Shown here: positions 11,733 to 25,202 of the stretch, in pieces | How positions within the stretch are numbered: the stretch's first letter is position 1 | How the letters are laid out: each line of letters begins with the position of its first letter | Source: Anthoceros angustus | Lineage: Eukaryota; Plantae; Anthocerotophyta | Length of the DNA: 64,000 nucleotides | Direction of reading: 5' to 3' | Assembly (NCBI GenBank): GCA_010909165.1 | Contig: MU008198.1 | Span: 62,001-126,000 of the forward strand | The notes under the pieces: model-generated | Seen by the model: the letters and a program-made list of their open reading frames with translations, nothing else | The model's database searches: none | Told to the model about the DNA's origin: nothing | Position numbers and translations under genes: made by a program

Positions 11733-14700
11733 ATGCCGAACGTCCGGATTGTATTTGGCAATTTCTTGGAGATGGTTGGAGCTCTGCCTGCGGCTAAGCT
11801 GGATTTGCTTTACGACAATCATTGGACATGTCAAGCTGTCCTCAGGTTGTTCGGTGCTTGTGGAACGTATAGCCAGGGAATTGGAGATAGTTGCGCTGAG
11901 TGGCAGAAGAATTTGTGGAGGAGAGCCCAGACGGGCAACAATTCCGCCATCCCTAACAGGTTGAGTTGCTCATGTTTGTATGCAGGTCATTGCCTCCTCT
12001 GGGGAAGCAGTATGTCTTGAGACTATTATATGTGGATGCGCCAATGCCTGCTCAAACACTGGAGGAGTGGTTATTGCCGGGCGCTGCTTCCAAACACAAA
12101 CTGGCAATTGACCGACTTGAGCAGTTGAGAGTGCTACTTTTGATTTCAGACAGGTACTGATTGAACTGTCAATGGCATTCCATTCAGAGTTTGTACCTGA
12201 CCTCATGTGCATGCAGCTGGGTGGGTTGCTAGCCCTGAGGTTTTGTTAGATGGTGCTATACCTGGTGGTCTTGCTCAGTTGCTGTGCTTTTTTGGATGCT
12301 GATTCTAAGCTGGCCTGCAGGAAGAAGGGGAAAAGCTACGCTTTGAACCCAAAGCTACAGAAACAGTTGCGACAAGCCTTGATAAGCGGGTGTGTATAGC
12401 GCTCCAATTTTTGTATGATTTCAGGTCACTGTTACAGCTCGGCTCTTTTGAAGGAGACGATTATGCTGGTGCAGCCCTACTGGAAATACGGCCTAGCATA
12501 CAACTTACTTTGGACTGGTATTGGATGGGTGGTGCAGAAGCGGTCCTACCAGGGAGCCCATGTCAAGAAATATAGCTGCAAGAGTTCCTTCATTGACAGA
12601 CTTGGATGTGTACTCTACTAACCAGTGGGAGGTTGGAAATTTTTTTAGTCTGGTCTATGCTGCTGATGCTGTGGCGATTTTGTCACATGCTCAGATTGTT
12701 CTGTTCTTTAGAATTGTTGTGCGTCCTTTGTATTGTCTGTACTAACGCGCCAGGTCTGGTGAAGTCGGTTCTCCTTCAACTCGTGAGCTCAGCAATGTCT
12801 GAAGGAACCTCGACGCGTCAAGATCCCTTCATCACTCAAAATTTCCAGCGGGCGGGGCTCTTGACTGTTGCCAAGTATTTCATCTCACTCGTCTGTTGTC
12901 AACTGCATTCGCCTGAAGACTGTACCATCATTTTTCATAAAGTAGGAACTGCTTGAGTGTCTGTTCTCTGTGGCTGATCACTATTTTTTCTTGGGGATCA
13001 CTGTCAGTGCGAATCAGCCATCTAGGATTACGGAGAAAGGGTTCCAATTCCTGGTAATGATTGAATAAAGCAGATGAGACTCGTTACGAACTCCTTTTTG
13101 TCTTGCTTGCTTTCAACTGGGGCACACCTACTGGTACTCGTAGGTGCTGCTATCCATGCCTTGTTGCATGCTTGTGTACCGGTGTGACCTTTTCGTCCTG
13201 CTTTTTGCAGCTTATGGACACCAATATCCAGCTTTGGCAGATAGTACGAGAATATATATTGGCTGCAGAGGTACTACCTGGATGTCTACTTGCTGATGTG
13301 TCAGGAGCCTCACTGATTAGGCTTGTTGCATCGGGTTGTGACTCATTTGCCACGCTCATATCTTCGAATCTCAGGTGCCTATGTGTGCTGAAACAGGACC
13401 GTGGCCTGGACAGTGGGCAGATGATATCCTTTCTTCTGGAGCTTGGGTTTCATATTGTTGGTGAGGTAAGTCTTCAGAAAGACAGTCTGAAGTCAAGTTA
13501 TGCCAAGTAGTACTACATACCTGTCTGGGTGGAAGTATTTGAAGATGAGTGCAGGACATGGTTTAAGTATCGTTTGGTGTGTGTGCAGCCGTATAATATG
13601 AGGAGTCTTTCCACTATGCAGCAGAGCATTGTTACTGAACTTGCTGTTCTCGGGTTAGTGATGCTGCAGGAGGTATGTGACCCTCTCTCTCTTCTTAATT
13701 TTTCTTTCAGCAGGGGAAAGTTTGCCAGATAGTGGCCAAAGCGTTCAGTATGTGGTGTTGGGCCGGTCATATGCTTTCATATGTGGAAAGCAGTTACTTG
13801 TATGTGAAGCGTCTCTTGTATTCCTTTCTAAGCTGCTACAGCTATATCGGCAGGGCATGAAAGAGAAATGGTTTGTCCCAACCAAACTAGCTGCTAGTCT
13901 GTCCGCAAGTCTTTCAGAATCTGGAGCTGTGCAGGCCTCTGAGGTGTGTTAGGGGACTACTGCATGAACTTTGCTGGCAGTATGCATTCTGGTACTTGTT
14001 CCCGCAGACAACAAAATCGTGCGTGCATCTAACTTTGTTGACAGGGCTATGTTGTAGTGGAAACCAACTTCAGAGTATATGCATATACACGCTCAAAGTT
14101 GCAGACCGAAATCCTACGGCTGTTCATTAGGTGATGCATCTGCTTGCGATGGTTGCTGCAATAAGTGACTGGATACAACGGCCCTCCCTCATTCACGCAC
14201 TTCTTGTTTGCAGGCTTGAGTACCAGTTGCCAAACATTGTGGTGGGATCGCTTACTAAGGACACTGTGAATGCAGCATTTGCAAGCGGGATCAATGCCGA
14301 TCAGGTTGTCCTCAGTTCATAGGACCCTTCAGAATGCCCATCAGTCTCCAGTGGCAGCTATCAAGAACACTCACTGTGTTTCTGTGTGTAGATCATAACA
14401 TTTTTACAGAAGAACGCTCATCCTCATGTAGCCAAGAAGGTGCCAGTGGTTCCAGAGACAGTGGCAGACCAGGTAATGGGCAACTCCCAATCCCTCCCAA
14501 GCATGTGCATGCTCTCTCTCCATTTAAAGAGGGTCTTGTGCGGGGTGCGCGCAGATCCGCTTGTGGGAGGCAGATAGGAACAGAGTGCTGTTCGCACTCG
14601 TGTATCAATATGACGACTTCCGGTCACAGGTATGTGAGGAACGAGTTGTCTCCTGGAGTTGTTGGCACTGTAATGATCCATCTACCTACTAATAGGTGGG

Positions 14701-14863
14701 CCTGGTGGCGGTGCTCCATCAGGAGGAGTTCGAGCTGGTGCTCGAGTATGGTAACAACTTGGGAGGGGTGGTGTTCTCGGACATATCCACCCAGAGGCTG
14801 TACGTGCGGGCAGACCTTCATGATTCCATGAAATTATTCATTTCCCGGAACGTCCGGTCGTGA
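11733..14863 (+). CDS. TFB2: TFIIH core subunit p52 (GTF2H4/TFB2), multi-exon
   Basis: Exons encode MPNVRIVFGNFLEMVGALPAAKLDLLY..CQAVLR/SLPPLGKQYVLRLL; ITEKGFQFL/LMDTNIQLW; FVPTKLA; GYVVVETNFRVYAYT; YQLPNIVVGSLTKDTV..AF..GINADQ/IITFL..NAHP; VPETVADQ/IRLWEADRNR. The last exon ends FISRNVRS* at 14863. Confidence 0.93.
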
Positions 14864-15250
14864 AGAAATACCCACTTTCGCTGGCGACATTTTTGGCGGA
14901 GGATATGGAGGTTTGTTGCTTGACCGTTTACTTCCACGCATGTGGACAACATTTCTGCGGACGATCCCGTCCGCGTCCACAGGAGTTGTGAGAAGGGCTC
15001 TGTCGACTGTCCTCTTTCGGGCCGTTTGCCTACAGCCACTTCGCCGTTGCGAATTTGTTGCTTCGTCTGAAGGCGTCTTTCGATCATAACAACGTCACAA
15101 AATTTACGCCAAAAGCGTCAGTCTGCGGTTTGCGGGGAACACCTCAGTTTCACGGGGTTGCTTCAAGACGGGAACTCCGAGACAGCGTAATTGAGGCAGC
15201 GTGCCTTATTGTGCAGGTAGAATAAACCGGTGACCTGTAAAGCAGCTTCC

Positions 15251-16625
15251 ATGGCGCATGCAATGCACCTTGTGTCTTCTTCTTCAACCAGCGTCGCTGC
15301 TGGAGGTGAGAGCGTCTATTGGTCAGAATCTCCCACCCTTGGAGTGCCGTGAAGCTAGTGTGGTTTTGTGGTCTTTCTGCTGCAAATGTGGCTTGCGAAT
15401 TCTTCGTACTAGGTTTTTACAGAGCAATGGCGTTAATTTCTACCTGCTGTCTTCCAGGAAGGGCAGATTTGTTGGCTGCCGGGGAATTCCAGTGTTCAGC
15501 TTGCTCGTCCACGCTTTGGTTTGCTCGCCTACAGCTCCCGCGCAGCTGCAGCTTGAACTTGGACAGTTCCACCCGCCCGAACTTCCGAAGGGAACGTCTG
15601 GGGGGGCTGAGCACTTTGAGAAGCAGCCTCGGCTCGAGCGGGACGAGCGGCATGGCGACTCCCGTTGTGGTGAAGCCAGGAGTGGAGCTCAAGGTTTTCG
15701 AAAGTGTGGATAAATTGGCGGAAGACCTTGCGCAGCATGTCGTTGAGCTATCTGCTGCAGCAGTGAAGGAGCGAGGAGCGTTCACTGCCGTTTTGTCAGG
15801 GGGATCACTTATCAGCACCTTAGGGTACGTTATTTCTGCAATTTGAGCAAGCAAAGTAAAGCAGACTGTACTAGTCTTCTGTGTAGAAGTGGGGGAGAAA
15901 TGCATCCGACTCTCGGCTATGCTGCGCCGCCTTCAGGAAGCTAACCAAGGAGCCTTATGTGGGACAAGTGGACTGGGCACGGTGGCATGTTTTCTGGGTA
16001 GACGAGCGGGTTGTGAAACTCGATCATCCTGACAGCAACTACAAGCTTGCACAGGACGGTCTCTTGTCCAAGGTCTGACACTCCACTCATGTTGTTTTCT
16101 GGCTGTCACCCCAGGTGAGTTCGGGCTCAGAGTTTGCTGTAACACATCCCTTTCGGTGTCCAGGTTCCCATTCCAGCCGGCCAGGTTTACGCCATCAACG
16201 ATACTCTCTCCCCTGGGGAAGCTGCAGAGGACTACGAGACAGGCTTGAGGCAGCTGGGGAAGACCAACGTCCTGCCGGTCTCAGAAGGTTACCCAAGGTT
16301 TGATCTCATTCTCCTTGGCATGGGTCCTGACGGCCATGTGGCATCTCTCTTCCCGAACCATCCCCTGGTGAGCGTCAAGGACAAATGGGTTGTCTCCATT
16401 ACTGACTCCCCAAAACCCCCGCCCGAGAGGATCACTTTCAGTTTGCCGGTGATCAACTCTGCCGCCCACATCGCCTTTGTGGCCACAGGCTCCGGGAAGG
16501 CAGACAAGGTGAAACAGATCTTCGGGCCCGAAGTACCTTACGGCTCCCTTCCTGCCCAGCTGGTGTCCCCTGTGCAGGGCAAGCTGGTCTGGTTTGCAGA
16601 TCAAGCTGCAGCTTCAGCCTTGTGA
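15251..16625 (+). CDS. PGL3: 6-phosphogluconolactonase, plastid-type (PGL3-like), ~339 aa
   Basis: join(15251..15305,15458..15824,15937..16072,16164..16625); an alternative unspliced start is 15427. Motifs [55 protein letters not shown]. Ser-rich N-terminal extension; ends -SAL*. Confidence 0.9.
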
Positions 16626-17473
16626 CTTGCACCCGTCTGAGCAGTCCGCTACCTGGACCCTTTTGCAGCCACCAGGATGTGAAATGATTTCAAATTTGGT
16701 GAAATTGAAGAGCGGCGAGCTGACGGTGGTAACTCAAGCGGGTCTCTACGCGTCTTCGAATTGATTAATTAATTAAGCGAGGCTCTTCACGACCATGAAA
16801 ATGAAGAATAGAAAACTGAAGAAGCTCGACAATTGTGGAGCTCATGTGACTTGGCGGCGGTTAGTACTGTACATAGTACGTGAGGCAGCACGTCGCACGC
16901 TCGGTCGTGAAAACGAGAACCTCACGGTGTTGTAGCCGGCAAGCACGACCGTCACCTGCCATACGCCGGAAGGGAAGGCCGGTTGGTGCCGGGCAGGACG
17001 GCCTGCAAGTACGCTTGAACGCACCCGATTGCACCAACGCCGCCATGATGCGTGCGCAACGGAAGCGGTTGGACTCGTACCTGCCCGCTGCTAAAAATAT
17101 CGGCCTACACGCACTTACCAGGCGTCGGATCTCCCGCAGAAGCAGTTTGATTCCATCATCAGGCTTTCTCTGCGCAAATGCACTCGCACAATTCCGCATT
17201 CAGATCCAGCTCTCTGAGCAGAGAGCATGTCCGCCTCCTCCCCTGTCGAGACAGCTTGTTTTCGGGTTGGATTTTGTGCAGATCCGCGGAGTGTTATCTG
17301 ATGCAGAACCCGAGCTACAGGATCCTGATTCTGGAACAGGACACTCAATGTGGAGCTGCAGAAGGGAGCTATGGGCGGATTTCCCTGGGTCTGAGATTTC
17401 ATTGAGCAGGGATGAAGATGAGCAAGGCTAGCATCCAGGTCCTGGAAACGCTGTCGGTGCGGGAGATGGCATT

Positions 17474-19344
17474 ATGATGCTGAGCCTGAGGAGCGTGAGG
17501 GTGTCGCCCCCGCAGAACCAAGGGCCTATGGAGGACAGCAGGAAGACATGGCCGTCAAGAATCCATCAGCAGAGGCCTCGTCAGTCTGTTTTCAGCAGCT
17601 ATGATGCCAGCAAAGCTCGCGGACTGCCTCGCAGCGTTGTTTGCAATGTCGCGATTCTCTTGCTCTACACCTTCATTCTCAGCGTGCTCTTGTCTCGGAG
17701 AAGCAGGAACCTGCAGGCTCAGATTCTGGGAAAAGATGGCAGCGGGAGTTGTTCGTTTACGACTCCGGGAGTGTGCGATGGTAGCAGAGGCCACAAGGCT
17801 TTTTCGGAGACTGCAGATCGGTTGACGTATTCCGAGATTCTGTGGAGGAGAGTTGCCAGCCACCGGGTGACAAGTGAGGACTACCATGAGCTCAAGGCAG
17901 CAAGTGCGATTTTCAACACCTCGGACCCCAAGCTTGAGCAGGTTGTGAAGCTGGTGAAGGAGTACCTGACGCCATGGGCTCCCATGCCTGGGATCACCGA
18001 CGGGTTGGGCAGCAAAGGAGGTTGGAGTGTGAACCTCACCAGGGCGGCTGCCGTGAACACAAACCTCATGACCTGCTGCATGCACGTCAGGGTTGTGGAC
18101 GGGCTTGTCTATTTCAGGTATGGCCGGTTTTTGATGCAGCATTATCGCATAAACCGAGCCAACGATTTTGTGAGGTTCTTGCAGACCACTGTGGACAAAT
18201 ACGCATTGAAAGGATTGCGATCAGAGTTTTTGTTTAACACGTGCGATCATCCACTGTCGGACGGAGCCTTCATGCGTGGCAGGCAATCTCGGCACAGTTA
18301 CATGGTGTGGAGCAACCATTTTACCGAGGGCCACACAGATCTTCTGGTTCCCGATTTCCTGGACTTGGGGCAGGAGTACATGCCGGCAAAGAATGCATCC
18401 CAAGTGACGGTGGAGTGGGAAGACAAGAATGTAACTGCTGTCTTTCGCGGAGGGACTACAAATTATAATATCCAGTGGCATAACTGGGTCTCCAGCCCTC
18501 GCCTGAGGCTGCACCGCCTCACTGATGCCTACCGTCATTTGCTGGACGCCAGGATCTCCAAATGGAGTCACGTTCTTGACTTCGAAATGCGACATGAAAT
18601 GAGGAGGGAAGGTATCGTGGCGGCTCCCAGGATGGAGTTCGGTCTCAAAGATGCATTCAAGTATGAAGTGGTGATGGATGGAGGTCTGGGCACCACCAGG
18701 CCTTGCGGAGTGCTGATGAACGACCGGGTGCTGGTGCGCCAAAGCTCTCCTTTCTACCAATTCTTCGATCCCCTCTTCAGGCCTGGCCGTCATTTCATCC
18801 CCGTGGACCACAAGTACGATGACTCTGCTCACCTAACCTTCGCTTCGTGAAAATGCTTCAGCCACTATAGTGCCTTTCAATTTTGCTGGACGCATCCCTC
18901 TGGGTTTGTGAATTTCATTGATTGTAAGCTGAGGTCGATGTGGTTTTGGATGACAGTCTTGGCAATTTGGCGGAGAGGCTTGCCTACATGCAAACCCACG
19001 ACACCGAAATGAAGGAGATGGCTTGGAGGTCCAAGAAGGAACTGGGGTGGACGTGCACCGAGGAGGGCCGAATGTTGGCCTTTGCAGTCTTGCTCGTGAA
19101 GAATGATGGGGTTGTGAGAAATTCAGATCAAGTACAGAAGCCCACAAAGATGTGCCAGTGGGGCGCATTGAAGGAAGCTCTTGAGGATCTTCCCAATGAT
19201 AGAGCTTTGAACTGCATGGATCAGGAAAACACTATTTTGCCTCTTCCAGGATGCCCAACTCCCTGTTCTGCATTTGGTCTTCATGAGAGGGACTGGCACT
19301 GGCTGACATATCATGATGTGGAAAAGGCAGTTTCGACAACATGA
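17474..19344 (+). CDS. Type II membrane glycosyltransferase family 90 (CAP10/KDELC-like), ~575 aa
   Basis: join(17474..18813,18957..19344). One N-terminal TM helix (VAILLLYTFILSVLL); WEDK...AVFRGGTT, PRLRL, FKYEVVMDG, FYQFF..LFRPGRHFIPVDHN/LGNLAERLAYMQTHD follow the GT90 pattern. Confidence 0.8.
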
Positions 19345-22231
19345 AATGACCTCGGGCTGGAGGAGATCATGTGAAATTGCCAGCAGTGGCTTCTCGCATA
19401 ACGTGATCGTGCTGTATCTCGTGGTACCGTAGGCCACTCGCATGTGTCGGCAGCAAGGTAAGTTCGTGGGGTCTCGATTAAACCTATACAATGATGACGG
19501 TTCGGGCGGAGGCAACGGAGACGGAGTGGACAAGCAGTGTCAGGCAGCAAGCAACTCAGGCTTTGCAAGCGTCTGCTCTCGGGATCTCAGCGACTTCTCA
19601 CTCTCTGCAAGGCACTGTTGCAACTCAAATTCGGACTTGCGAAATTTGGAAGGACAGAACTTCCAGTTCTTCGATAATCTGCTTTGCATCCTTCTTACGT
19701 GCTGAGGGATGCAATATCTTAGAAACTGTCAAAAGGACACAATTGTCAGGCATCACACAGGATCTACATGGGGTCTCCACACAACTAACCTTTCTAAATG
19801 TGAGGGCCCTGTCCTCCAGATGGGAAAGAGGGAGAAGATGAAGATTGTCTATTCGAATACGAGGTTAAACCCAGTCTGAAGTGAACAAACTGGGTCCTGG
19901 CACGTAGCGAAGTACTTCTTGTTGGTGAGGTGAAAACGGAGCATAAGAGCAGAGAAGCACACAGACGGAGCCCCAACTGATTTGGGGCAGGATTTGAAAT
20001 TGGCGTGGAGCGTCAAGAGCGGGGAAGCTGCCTGTAGCCCTAGGTCCCCTGAGCCAAGTTCAGGAACGTTACTCTAGAGGAACTGTACGTTGTCCATTCC
20101 CATGTAGTTAAGCTTTACCAGTGAAGAGATCCCTTGCCGTTTGCTTGTGCCTCCATAACACCAGGCCTGGCAAAGTGTTGACGAACAACCGGGTACTGGT
20201 GCGCCAAAGCTCTCCTTTCTACCAATCTCTCGATCCCTCTTCAGGCTTGGCCGTCATTTCATCCCCGTGGACTACAAATTATAATATCCAGTGGCATAAC
20301 TGGGTCTCCAGCCCTCGCCTGAGGCTGCACCGCCTCACTGATGCCTACCGTCATTTGCTGGACGCCAGGATCTCCAAATGGAGTCACGTTCTTGACTTCG
20401 AAATGCGACATGAAATGAGGAGGGAAGGTATCGTGGCGGCTCCCAGGATGGAGTTCGGTCTCAAAGATGCATTCAAGTATGAAGTGGTGATGGATGGAGG
20501 TCTGGGCACCACCAGGCCTTGCGGAGTGCTGATGAACGACTGGGGTGCTGGTGCGCCAAAGCTCTCCTTTCTACCACCCTTCGATCCCTCTTCAGGCCTG
20601 GCCGTCATTTCATCCCCGTGGACCACAAGTACGATGACTCTGCTCACCTAACGTTGTCCTTGAAAATGCTGATGAACGACTGGGGTGCTGGTGCGCCAAA
20701 GCTCTCCTTTCTACCAATTCTTCGATCCCTCTTCAGGCCTGGCCGTCATTTCATCCCCGTGGACCACAAGTACGATGACTCTGCTCACCTAACCTTCGCT
20801 TCGTGAAAATGCTTCAGCCACTATAGTGCCTTTCAATTTTGCTGGACGCATCCCTCTGGGTTTGTGAATTGCATTGATTGCGAACTCAGGTCGATGTGGT
20901 TTTGGATGACAGTCTTGGCAATTTGGAGAGGCTTGCCTACATGCAAACCCACGACACTGAAATGAAGGAGATGGCTTGAAGATCCAAGGAAGAACTGGGG
21001 TGGACGTGCACGGCGGAGGGCCGGATGTTGGCCTTTGCAGTCTTGCTCGTGAAGAATGATGGGGTTGTGAAATTCAGATCAAGTACAGAAGCCCACAAAG
21101 ATGTGAAGTGGGGCGCATTGAAGGAAGCTCTTGAGGATCTTCCCAATGATAGAGCTTTGAACTGCATGGATCAGGAAAACACTATTTTGCCTCTTCCAGG
21201 ATGCCCAACTCCCTGTTCTGCATTTGGTCTTCATGAGAGGGACTGGCACTGGCTGACATATCATGATGTGGAAAAGGCAGTTTCGACAACATGAAATGAC
21301 CTCGGGCTGGAGGAGATCATGTGAAATTGCCAGCAGTGGCTTCTCGCATAACGTGATCGTGCTGTATCTCGTGGTACCGTAGGCCACTCGCATGTGTCGG
21401 CAGCAAGGTAAGTTCGTGGGGTCTCGATTAAACCTATACAATGATGACGGTTCGGGCGGAGGCAACGGAGACGGAGTGGACAAGCAGTGTCAGGCAGCAA
21501 GCAACTCAGGCTTTGCAAGCGTCTGCTCTCGGGATCTCAGCGACTTCTCACTCTCTGCAAGGCACTGTTGCAACTCAAATTCGGACTTGCGAAATTTGGA
21601 AGGACAGAACTTCCAGTTCTTCGATAATCTGCTTTGCATCCTTCTTACGTGCTGAGGGATGCAATATCTTAGAAACTGTCAAAAGGACACAATTGTCAGG
21701 CATCACACAGGATCTACATGGGGTCTCCACACAACTAACCTTTCTAAATGTGAGGGCCCTGTCCTCCAGATGGGAAAGAGGGAGAAGATGAAGATTGTCT
21801 ATTCGAATACGAGGTTAAACCCAGTCTGAAGTGAACAAACTGGGTCCTGGCACGTAGCGAAGTACTTCTTGTTGGTGAGGTGAAAACGGAGCATAAGAGC
21901 AGAGAAGCACACAGACGGAGCCCCAACTGATTTGGGGCAGGATTTGAAATTGGCGTGGAGCGTCAAGAGCGGGGAAGCTGCCTGTAGCCCTAGGTCCCCC
22001 TGAGCCAAGTTCAGGAACGTTACTCTAGAGGAACTGTACGTTGTCCATTCCCATGTAGTTAAGCTTTACCAGTGAAGAGATCCCCTTGCCGTTTGCTTGT
22101 GCCCTCCATAACACCAGGCCTGGCAAAGTGTTGACGAACAACCGGGTACTGGTGCGCCAAAGCTCTCCTTTCTACCAATCTCTCGATCCCCTCTTCAGGC
22201 TTGGCCGTCATTTCATCCCCGTGGACTACAA
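18453..22231. repeat. Near-identical ~1.8-1.95 kb tandem duplication (GT90 3' half plus downstream region); may be an assembly artefact
   Basis: 18453-20268 is repeated at 20269-22222 with junction microhomology ggactacaa. The second copy has indels, an extra ~140-bp internal repeat and patches matching the diverged 22.1-23.6 kb copy. Confidence 0.85.
19860..20155 (-). pseudogene. Orphan fragment of the last exon of the beta-helix gene (second copy ~21810-22108)
   Basis: Translates ..AQGDLGLQAASPLLTLHANFKSCPKSVG.. versus LAQGDLGLQQASPLLALHTNFKSCPKSAVG in the intact gene at 23327-23625. Confidence 0.75.
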
Positions 22232-22710
22232 GTAGGATACTGTTCTCACCTAACGTTGTCCTTGAAAATGCTGATGAGTCTCGCGGTTGGACTCATCCCT
22301 CTGGGTTTGTGAATTGCATTGATTGCGAACTCAGGTCGATGTGGTTTTGGATGACAGTCTTGGCAATTTGGCGGAGAGGCTTGCCTACATGCAAACCCAC
22401 GACACTGAAATGAAGGAGATGGCTTGAAGATCCAAGGAAGAACTGGGGTGGACGTGCACGGCGGAGGGCCGGATGTTGGCCTTTCAGGCTTGCTCGTGAA
22501 CGATGGGGTTGTCAGGAATTCAGAGCGAGTATGTACAGAAGCCCACAAAGATGTGCCACTGAAGGAAGCTCTTCATGATCTTCCCAATGATAGAGGTTCA
22601 AACTGCATGGATCAGGAAAAAACTATTTTGCCTCTTCCATGATCCCTAACTTCCTGTTCTGCATTTGGCCTTCATGAGAGGGACCGGCACTGGCTGAGAT
22701 ATCATGATAG
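22111..22710 (+). pseudogene. Diverged 3' fragment of the GT90 gene
   Basis: Homologous to ~18692-19320 (NRVLVRQSSPFYQ; intron; LKEALHDLPNDRGSNCMDQEKTILPLP*), with in-frame stops and indels. Confidence 0.8.
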
Positions 22711-23326
22711 TGGACTTCACACGATCGCCGCTGTTCAGTCTCTAGGTTATTTCATGTTGTCGAATCATGAAATAACCTAGAGGCTGAACAGCGGCGATCA
22801 TGTGAAATTGCCAACAGTGGCCTCTGGTAAATGGTGATCTTGCTGTATCTCGTAGAGGTAGGCCACACGCGTGTGTCGGAGCAAGGACTATTTCCTGAGG
22901 TTTCGATGGAATCTGTGCAATGATGCCTTTTCGGGCGTTCAACGTGGACAACCCAGTTTTCAGTGAGATCATGATGTATATGTTACGCTTTTCAAGCGTC
23001 TGCTTCCGGGATCTTGAGCAGCGACTTCTCACTCTCTGCAAGACACTGGTGCAACTTAAATTCGGACTAGCAAAGTTTGGAAGAACTCCCAATGTTTTGA
23101 TCATCTGGTTTGCATCTACTTTCTTGCTAAGGGATGCAATACCTAGTTAAGAATCTGTCAAAAGGACACAATTGTATAGAAGCACTCAGTGTGCCACATG
23201 GCCTGTCTACCCAACTAACATTTCTACAGGTGAGGGCCCTGTCCTCCACATGGGAAAAGGGAGAAAACTGTGTCTACTGAATCCGACGTTCCACCCAGTT
23301 TGAAGTGAACCCACTCGTCCTAGCAG

Positions 23327-25202
23327 CTAGCTTAGCACTTCCTGTCGGTAAAATCGGCTCACATAAGTAGAGAAGCAAACAGGTTGAGGCCCAACAGCAG
23401 ATTTGGGGCAGGATTTGAAATTGGTATGGAGCGCCAGGAGGGGGGAAGCTTGCTGTAGCCCTAGGTCCCCTTGAGCTAAGTTCACGAACTTCACACTAGA
23501 AGAACTGTACGTTCTCCATTCCAATGTATTTAGCTTTGCCACTGAAGAGATCCCCTTGCAGTTGAGGTAAGTAGGCTTGTGCCCTCCATCCACTGCGTCC
23601 ACAATTGCCACGTCTACTACGTTGTCTGCAGCCAACAGCATCCCTTTAGCGAATGGCCAGGATATCGTTACAGGGTCCGACTCTACGAACTCACCTGTTG
23701 GCAGCCCACTGCATCTTCCCGTGATGCTTGCAGAAACACTCCCTAAGGGATTGCATTTGTGTCCCATGGACGTCCCTCTGGTGCAGAAGTCGTTGAGCCA
23801 TGGCCAGTTCTGTCACAGAAATTGAGATCATTGTTAAGGAAAAGCGGTGTCGTTAGTACCTAATGAAACGGATGCCAGCCTCCAGATACTCACCTGTTGA
23901 AAAGCAGGCGAGTTGTAGCTCTTGAGCCTGGTCTGGTCCCAGTATTTGCCAAGCTCCTGGTCGCAATTGTTCACGTCATAATTTTGGCAGCTGATCCAGC
24001 CCGGATTGTTTTGGGAGACGCTGAGGAAGCTGGAAATGTTGTTGGCATGGCCGGTGTTGAGCTTCAAGCCTGTGAGCGTCTTCCAGCACACCTGTCCTTC
24101 CACGGTGAGGCCACTGGAGCAGTAGTCCAGGTACAGACATTGGCGGCCACCCACGGCGTAATTGCAGGACATGTAGTTGCCAGGGTTCACCCAGTGCGTG
24201 CTCAGGTAGATGGCCGAAGAGTCCTCCACCGGCGTGAAGTCGGGAGTGAAAGTGATGAAGTTGCGCAGAAAGGAGCAGAGCATGCAGTCGCCTACATTGT
24301 GCACGCCCCGGCCACATTGGATGCCTGCAAACACCGGGTTCAAGATGTAGTTGTTGCTCACGGTTACGCCTACGCTGCCACGGTAGACAAGGACCCCGAT
24401 CTGGCTGCCCGTGAGGTTGCAGTTGGTGATGGATACGTAAGACTTCACCAGATTTGGGCCGTCTCCGCAGAACATAATTTGCACCAGAGCCTTGTCAGCA
24501 TGCACCGAGGACACAGAGAGCGAGTCGAGAGAGACGTGGGAGCTTCTGATGACGTCTATTCTACCCCTGATCGGAGCTGCTGCAAGCTGGACTGACGAGG
24601 AGGAGCGGATGTAAACTGCAGGGCAGAGCCATTCGGGTGCTAAGTCCTGCAGCGACTTGGCTGGACAGGTGATGGCAGCATCACCTGGGACGGAGAAGCC
24701 TACGTTGTGGATAAGGATGTTGCTGGCTCCAGATATCTGGATGGCAGGGAAGGTGGCCTGGGAAGCTGCGATTCGATGGTTGACCCCATGCTGATGACCG
24801 AAAGAGCTTACAATAGTGCAAGAGAAGCTGGCATTGAGAAGCAAGCTTGAGTGCTCAAGAATGATGTCGTTGAGGAGCACAAGGTGCACAGTTTTTGCGG
24901 GGTGGTACTGGAGTCGGGATTGGATGTCTACCCAGGACCTGACTGGAATCACAACGTCGCACTCCCTGGAGCAAGGCCCTCCACCTGCAATACAACCACA
25001 CATGCATGATTCGTCTCAACACACCACAGATTCATGTCGCAGAGCATTCCGACGGAGTGGGGATGAATCAATAAAGGCCTAGCAATAATGTTACACACAA
25101 TCATGAATGGTAGACCTATCTACCTTCTGCTTCCAGTGTCAGAAGACTGAAGAAGAAGCAGATCTGCAACACGAATACGAGGCACAGGATGTAAGAATCC
25201 AT
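23327..25202 (-). CDS. Secreted right-handed parallel beta-helix (pectin-lyase fold, GH141-like) protein, paralog A, ~527 aa
   Basis: complement(join 25202..25124, 24984..23894, 23809..23695, 23625..23327), all phases consistent. Signal peptide MDSYILCLVFVLQICFFFSLLTLEA; beta-helix coils VSITNCNL..IGV..GVTVSNNYI; DSSAIY...NPGN..CN...LYLDY.SSG.TV.G. Confidence 0.8.
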
